Below are positions 59,106 to 64,000 of a stretch of DNA of 64,000 bases, in pieces. This stretch comes from an uncultured Ignavibacteriales bacterium. GTDB taxonomy: Bacteria; Bacteroidota; Ignavibacteria; Ignavibacteriales; Ignavibacteriaceae. Location: NCBI GenBank assembly GCA_963834015.1, contig CAWIAG010000004.1:1749926-1813925 (forward strand), written 5' to 3'. Position 1 is the first letter of the stretch, and every line of letters begins with the position of its first letter. The notes under the pieces are model-generated. The model saw nothing but the letters and a program-made list of their open reading frames with translations. It was not told the DNA's origin and made no database searches. The position numbers and the translations under genes were made by a program.

Positions 59106-59175
59106 AAAAATACCAGGCGACAAATGTCGTAATAGTAAATAACCAATTATGTGAGGCCATTTTATATGTTTAAAG

Positions 59176-59212
59176 TTGGAGAGTTGGGGCATGCCCCGGC
59201 TTTACAACACTA
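59176..59212. repeat. Module B-like copy GAGAGTTGGGGCATGCCCCGGCTTTACAACAC
   Basis: GGGGCATGCCCC palindromic core with ...CTTTAC... arm, as in the other B copies. Confidence 0.4.
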
Positions 59213-59624
59213 CAAAATCCTTAAAGGTGATCCTCACATTTAATAATTTTTATTAGCCATTCAATATTATAAGCCATTTAAATCCCAAAAGAGTTTACCC
59301 ATTAAAAAAAACTGGGGATATGACGGCGCGCAATGATTAATTTAGGGCGTTTTTTATTGACCTACTAAATAATAGTTTACTAGTTAATTTCATTCCCGGT
59401 AAATGAATAAAACATTTCTGCACAGGCATTATTACCGGATTATTTGAACCGTATCAGGGATTTTGCTGGAGAAAAATTTCATCTGAACCTATGACTTATT
59501 ACTCCGTTCATTTATCTGAACTAATATCTCCTCCGGTATACTCTCATTTTAGAGAGAATGATTCAAAAGTAGTTCGAATAATATAAGAGTTAATACGTAT
59601 TAGAATATTGTTTTAAGCGAGGTA

Positions 59625-62600
59625 ATGATGCTGCGAAAATTACTGATTAGTATAATATTTTCCGGAATAGTGCTTGTTGGGCAAACGATAAAAGATATAA
59701 AATATGTACCGGGAGAAATTATTATCAAATATGAAAAGACAGGGCAAAGCGCAAGGGGCTCAGATATAATAACCGAACATCAAAATTTCGTAGATAATTT
59801 AAAACTCAGTATGAAGGAGTTGAAAATTAATAGTTACTCACCTGTATTTAAAAGTATAGTCGAAGAAATGACCGAAAAAAATCTTACCGAAAAAGAAGTT
59901 ATTCAGCATAAAACGTTAAACAGAAAAAACATTATCACATTATCACGAATTAAAAAAACAACCTTTTCCAATATCCTGCTTCTTAAAATTGATCCGGCAG
60001 TGGATATTAAGGAAGCGGCGTTAAGTTTAATTAATAATCCCGATATGCTGGCATCACAGGGAATCAGGATAGTTTATGCCGAACCAAATTATTTAAAAAG
60101 AACAAGCATAACCCCGAATGACCCGTTATATACGCAACAATGGTCCCACCGTATAACTAATATAGAGAAGGCATGGGATACAACAGAAGGGAGCCCAAAT
60201 ATTAAGATAGCTATAATTGATACAGGGGTAGACCCGGCACATCCTGATTTAATGGCCAACTTAATTACGGGACATAATTTTGTTGACATAGATACAAACT
60301 ATTATAAATTATTTGCCACTCTGCTGCAGGGAGAAATTTATACACAGCCGGGAACTAATTGTACTGATTACAACGGCCATGGAACACATTGCGCAGGTAT
60401 TGCTGCTGCAGTGGGCAACAATGGAATCGGCGTCATCGGAGCGGCACCAAATTGTAAAATCATGCCGGTAAGAGCAGGCTTCAGCATTCTGGTTGACGAC
60501 CAGGAATACGGCGTTCTGGAAACCGCTACTGTTGTTCAGGCAATAAATTATGCAGTATATAACGGTGCAAATGTAATAAGCATGAGTTTCGGAGGGGATA
60601 GTTCAAGCCTTGAAGAGGAAACAATTCAGAATGCTTATTATAATAATGTAGTGCTTGTAGCCGCTGCCGGTAATAATGATTTTGCAGCAAAACAATATCC
60701 GGGAGGATATAATGAAGTACTTGCAATTACATCTATAGATTCGATTCAAAACTGGTCGACATTTTCTAATTACGGATTATGGACTGCAATTGCCGCGCCA
60801 GGTGAAAATATTGAATCGACAGTACCGTTAAAAGGCGGAGCTATATGCGATAGTACGGGTTACAGGGTATTATCCGGAACGTCAATGGCAACTCCGTATA
60901 TTGCGGGTGTTGCCGCATTAGTGTTATCACATGACTCTTCGATGTCCAATAATTTGGTTTATCAAACACTCCGGAGTTCTGTAAACCCGGCATACTCAAG
61001 TCCTTATTATATAGGTACAGGAATAATTGACGGATCAAAATTATTTTCCGGATCGATAGCCTGCATATCGAAAATTACTGCGCCGGATAATATTAGTAAT
61101 TTATATATAGTTAATGGAAACATAAACATTTCAGGAAGGGCTTCGGGAAAATTATTCAGTAATTATACCTTTGAATATTCTGATTATCAAAGAGTTACTC
61201 CTGATTGGCAGCCCACCGGGCAAACTTTTTCTACACCAGTAGACAGCGGTTTATTAGGGACCGTTAAAATAACTCAAAACGGGATTTATTATATAAGGCT
61301 AAAGGTTACCAGCACTAATAATCTAGTATACAGCGATATTATCGGACCTGTTACAATAGATACCCGGCTAAAAGCAAACTGGTCTGTTTCAACCGGGGCT
61401 CCAGTAAGTTCTTCACCGGTTTTATGCGATATTGACGGGGATGGAAATGTTGAGACAATATTTACCAGTTCCAACGGCGGTATATATGTATTATACCAGT
61501 ACGGCAATAATAAACCCGGCTGGCCTGTGTTTACTTCGAATATTTATTACGGCAGGTCTGTTTTGGGTAGTTGCAGCCCTACCGTAGGCGACCTGGATAA
61601 TAACGGAAAAAAAGAGATAGTAGTGAGGGACGGCAGGTACATTTACGTATATAATTCAGATGGTTCACTCAGGAGCCCGTGGCCTATAGATTTATCGGGA
61701 GATTCATTGGGTTATATTAGTGGAAATGCTTTGTACGGCTCACCTGCAATTACAGATCTTAATAATGACGGTTATAAAGAAATAATTGTAACATATCTTG
61801 ACGGCAATATATTTGCTTTCGATAGATTTGGGAAGGCTGTACACGGTTACCCGGTAAGAGTGCCGACAAAATATATGTGGGCTACTGTATATTCAACGCC
61901 TGTAGTTTCGGATTTAAATGGGGACGGCAAAATTGATGTAATAATTCAAAGCTGTGAAGCTTCGACATCCATTTCTAAAGGATATATATATGTTTTTGAC
62001 CGGTGGGGAAATGTGCTGCCCGGCTGGCCGGAACAATTTGGGCTGGGTTCGGTTAATTCCCCCATCACTGTAGATTTAAATAATGATGGAAAAAACGAAA
62101 TAATTGCTTCCTCATTTTTAAGAGCTGATTCAGCAAATAGTTTAGGTTATTTCGGTATTTATGCTTTTAATAGTGAAGGCAATGTGTTAACAGGTTTTCC
62201 CGTACTACTCACAGATTCTGTATCGGGGTATTATAATCTGAGCGGGGGGATTTCAGCAGGGGATATAAATAACGACGGTTATAAAGAAATTTTAGTTGCC
62301 GGCAGCGGGGGTAAGTATTCTTTATGGGCCATAAACAGGTACGGAAAAATACTATGGAGTTCACTTCCAAGTGAACCGGGTGAATATAATTCCGGCTCGG
62401 TTCCCGTTATTGCAGATATCAATAATAACGGAACTCCCGAGATATTAGTTTCAAAATACAATCAAAATAATCAGACCGGTAAAATATTGGTAGTTAATAA
62501 CACCGGACAGATAATGGAAAGCCTTTCCTGTGTGATCCCGGAATTTCTGTTTGCTTCACCATCCATCGGTGATATTGAAGGGAATCATAAACTGGAATTA

Positions 62601-63053
62601 ATAACCGGGTCAGCAAGCGGAAACCTCTATTGCTGGGAATTGGGTTCCCCTTATGATTCTTCAATGTTAATCTGGCCCACATATCAGCAGAATTACCAGC
62701 GGACTGGCGGTTTTGGGGTGCAGACCAATGTACCAACGGCTATAGCCGCCGGCAATAATAGTAAATTACCTGCTGAATATTCAATCCGGCAGAATTACCC
62801 TAACCCGTTTAACCCTGCGACGGTAGTAGAATATGGATTGCCGGTACAAAGCCGTGTAAAGATAGTTGTTTATAATATATTGGGTGAATTTGTAAAAGAA
62901 ATTGTTAATTCGGTGCAAGGTGCTGGTTATTATAATGTAAACTTCGAAGGAGGTAATCTTAGTTCGGGAGTTTATTTATATAAAATAGATGCAAAAGCCG
63001 TTAATGGTTCAAGAGAATTCACGCAAATAAAGAAAATGATGCTTCTAAAATAA
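59625..63053 (+). CDS. Second T9SS-secreted S8 peptidase / FG-GAP propeller protein (paralog of 52770..57404 lacking the ~400-aa FN3 block)
   Basis: Same catalytic blocks (IAIIDTGVD, HGTHCAGI, GTSMATP) and repeats, and a CTD NYPNPFNPATVVEYGLP...YLYKIDAKA...KKMMLLK. About 75-80% identity to paralog 1 over aligned parts, as judged by eye. Confidence 0.9.
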   Translation: MMLRKLLISIIFSGIVLVGQTIKDIKYVPGEIIIKYEKTGQSARGSDIITEHQNFVDNLKLSMKELKINSYSPVFKSIVEEMTEKNLTEKEVIQHKTLNRKNIITLSRIKKTTFSNILLLKIDPAVDIKEAALSLINNPDMLASQGIRIVYAEPNYLKRTSITPNDPLYTQQWSHRITNIEKAWDTTEGSPNIKIAIIDTGVDPAHPDLMANLITGHNFVDIDTNYYKLFATLLQGEIYTQPGTNCTDYNGHGTHCAGIAAAVGNNGIGVIGAAPNCKIMPVRAGFSILVDDQEYGVLETATVVQAINYAVYNGANVISMSFGGDSSSLEEETIQNAYYNNVVLVAAAGNNDFAAKQYPGGYNEVLAITSIDSIQNWSTFSNYGLWTAIAAPGENIESTVPLKGGAICDSTGYRVLSGTSMATPYIAGVAALVLSHDSSMSNNLVYQTLRSSVNPAYSSPYYIGTGIIDGSKLFSGSIACISKITAPDNISNLYIVNGNINISGRASGKLFSNYTFEYSDYQRVTPDWQPTGQTFSTPVDSGLLGTVKITQNGIYYIRLKVTSTNNLVYSDIIGPVTIDTRLKANWSVSTGAPVSSSPVLCDIDGDGNVETIFTSSNGGIYVLYQYGNNKPGWPVFTSNIYYGRSVLGSCSPTVGDLDNNGKKEIVVRDGRYIYVYNSDGSLRSPWPIDLSGDSLGYISGNALYGSPAITDLNNDGYKEIIVTYLDGNIFAFDRFGKAVHGYPVRVPTKYMWATVYSTPVVSDLNGDGKIDVIIQSCEASTSISKGYIYVFDRWGNVLPGWPEQFGLGSVNSPITVDLNNDGKNEIIASSFLRADSANSLGYFGIYAFNSEGNVLTGFPVLLTDSVSGYYNLSGGISAGDINNDGYKEILVAGSGGKYSLWAINRYGKILWSSLPSEPGEYNSGSVPVIADINNNGTPEILVSKYNQNNQTGKILVVNNTGQIMESLSCVIPEFLFASPSIGDIEGNHKLELITGSASGNLYCWELGSPYDSSMLIWPTYQQNYQRTGGFGVQTNVPTAIAAGNNSKLPAEYSIRQNYPNPFNPATVVEYGLPVQSRVKIVVYNILGEFVKEIVNSVQGAGYYNVNFEGGNLSSGVYLYKIDAKAVNGSREFTQIKKMMLLK

Positions 63054-63133
63054 TGCTCGTCCACTTGAGCCTTACTCCAGAGGTGAGCCTCACGTATAGT
63101 AACTAAAATTAAACGGTAATTTAATTATTTTAT

Positions 63134-63165
63134 CCGGAACGGATCACACGTTCCGGATTTTTATT
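63134..63165 (+). terminator. Rho-independent terminator after the second protease gene
   Basis: CCGGAACG-gatcaca-CGTTCCGG followed by ATTTTTATTAT. Confidence 0.7.
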
Positions 63166-63311
63166 ATATCTAGATATCTTGCTCTTGTACAAATTAATAT
63201 CAAAAATAGATGACTTTGTGCTAAGTATTTTCTTGCTTCATGTATCCGTTTTTGCTTTATTTTGTATGCTAAAAATTAAAAAACTACGAATTGGTATAAA
63301 TGGGAGTATTT

Positions 63312-64000
63312 ATGGATGTAAATATTTTTTCTAAGGATGTTTTGGATGAAGCAAGTTCACTAAAAATCCTCAAAAAAAATTTAAAAGGGCGGAAACTAAT
63401 TGAGGGAATAACAATAGACGGACCGGATTCGCTTGACCTGGACGATGCTATTCAACTGGATTATACGGGTGACGGTTATGTCCTTCATGTATCAATTGCG
63501 GATGTTTCAGCTTTTATTAGGCCCGGTTCCGGGTTATTCAATGAAGCAATTAAGCGCACTATGACGCGTTACCTGAGCGATGGAAATATCCCGATGCTGC
63601 CCGAAATTATTTCGGAAGGAAAACTTAGCCTGTTGGAAAATGAAGTAAGACCGGCGCTCACATTTTCAATTACACTGACGCCCGACCTTGAGCTAGACCA
63701 GCTTACTATAAAGGAAACAATATTTAAAAACCGGAGAAGACTTAACTATACTCAAGTCGATTATATAATCGATTCATGCCCCGATGATCCCGATTACCGG
63801 ATGCTAAACGACTGTTATATTCTTGCAAGAAGATTGATGGACAAAAGAAGACAATCCGGAGCATTAGTCATTTTTGATTTACAGCGGCTGCTATTCACCA
63901 ATGAAGACGGTCAGTTAATGCAGATGAAATCTGAAGATGCACATAAATCCAATATAATTATCCAGGAGTTTATGATATTGACGAACGCCGCTGTTGCAGA
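63312..64000 (+). CDS. RNB-domain exoribonuclease (RNase II/R family), 3' end beyond the window
   Basis: SLDLDDAI (the RNB Mg-binding DxDDA-like motif) and later RNB-family blocks. GGGAG RBS 5 nt upstream. The ORF is open to the end of the window. Confidence 0.75.
   Translation, partial: MDVNIFSKDVLDEASSLKILKKNLKGRKLIEGITIDGPDSLDLDDAIQLDYTGDGYVLHVSIADVSAFIRPGSGLFNEAIKRTMTRYLSDGNIPMLPEIISEGKLSLLENEVRPALTFSITLTPDLELDQLTIKETIFKNRRRLNYTQVDYIIDSCPDDPDYRMLNDCYILARRLMDKRRQSGALVIFDLQRLLFTNEDGQLMQMKSEDAHKSNIIIQEFMILTNAAVA

Larger units (their letters stand above)
57405..59130. mobile_element. Putative 1.7-kb inserted cassette bounded by the 12-mer CGACAAATGTCG (57405-57416 and 59119-59130), carrying two paralogous multi-HTH genes
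   Basis: An identical 12-mer (itself near-palindromic) lies immediately after the stop of the upstream protease gene and again 14 nt after the stop of the second cassette gene. Extended flanks are inverted (CGACAAATGTCGCCT ... AGGCGACAAATGTCG). The interior is strongly purine-rich on the sense strand, unlike its surroundings. Confidence 0.4.

Overview
This 64 kb window is AT-rich chromosomal DNA, probably from an FCB-group bacterium (Bacteroidota or Ignavibacteriota-like). The guess rests on two proteins that carry canonical type-A T9SS C-terminal sorting domains, and on the several TAT-signal periplasmic enzymes. No rRNA, tRNA or CRISPR array was recognised by eye.

The window divides into six stretches:

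- **1 to 2.4 kb:** an MFS transporter and a Gfo/Idh/MocA oxidoreductase.
- **2.4 to 9.6 kb:** a repeat-rich accessory stretch. It holds four families of short dispersed intergenic repeats, a 21-bp tandem array, GH30, a BrnT/BrnA toxin-antitoxin pair, an orphan Phd/YefM-like antitoxin, a nitroreductase, an MNT/HEPN pair and an MBL hydrolase.
- **10 to 28 kb:** a carbohydrate island. It contains GH78 rhamnosidase, a PfkB-kinase::HAD fusion, a TAT-exported Gfo/Idh/MocA dehydrogenase, GH92 alpha-mannosidase, a beta-helix protein, a sugar MFS transporter, a PfkB kinase, a cupin D-lyxose/mannose-isomerase-like protein, a ROK kinase, a decayed GH2 pseudogene and a tandem DUF1080 (3-keto-glycoside hydrolase-like) protein.
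- **28 to 38 kb:** a membrane protein, a phosphodiesterase and flotillin, then a glycyl-radical enzyme (GRE) with its [4Fe-4S] activase, convergent with a TAT-exported unknown 614-aa protein.
- **39 to 52 kb:** a sensory and surface block. A cytoplasmic hybrid histidine kinase is followed by an apparent operon (membrane HK, then a LysM/FecR-like/FN3 protein, then a 1592-aa multi-PKD protein) with a divergent LuxR-type response regulator and an esterase.
- **52.8 to 63 kb:** two tandem paralogous S8 subtilase / FG-GAP propeller / T9SS-CTD genes. They are separated by a 1.7 kb purine-rich cassette bounded by a repeated 12-mer, which carries two paralogous multi-HTH (DUF1670-like) proteins. An RNB exoribonuclease gene runs off the 3' end.

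The two most novel-looking items are the divergent GRE/activase pair sitting in a sugar-utilisation context, and the 12-mer-bounded, compositionally foreign two-gene cassette between the protease paralogs.
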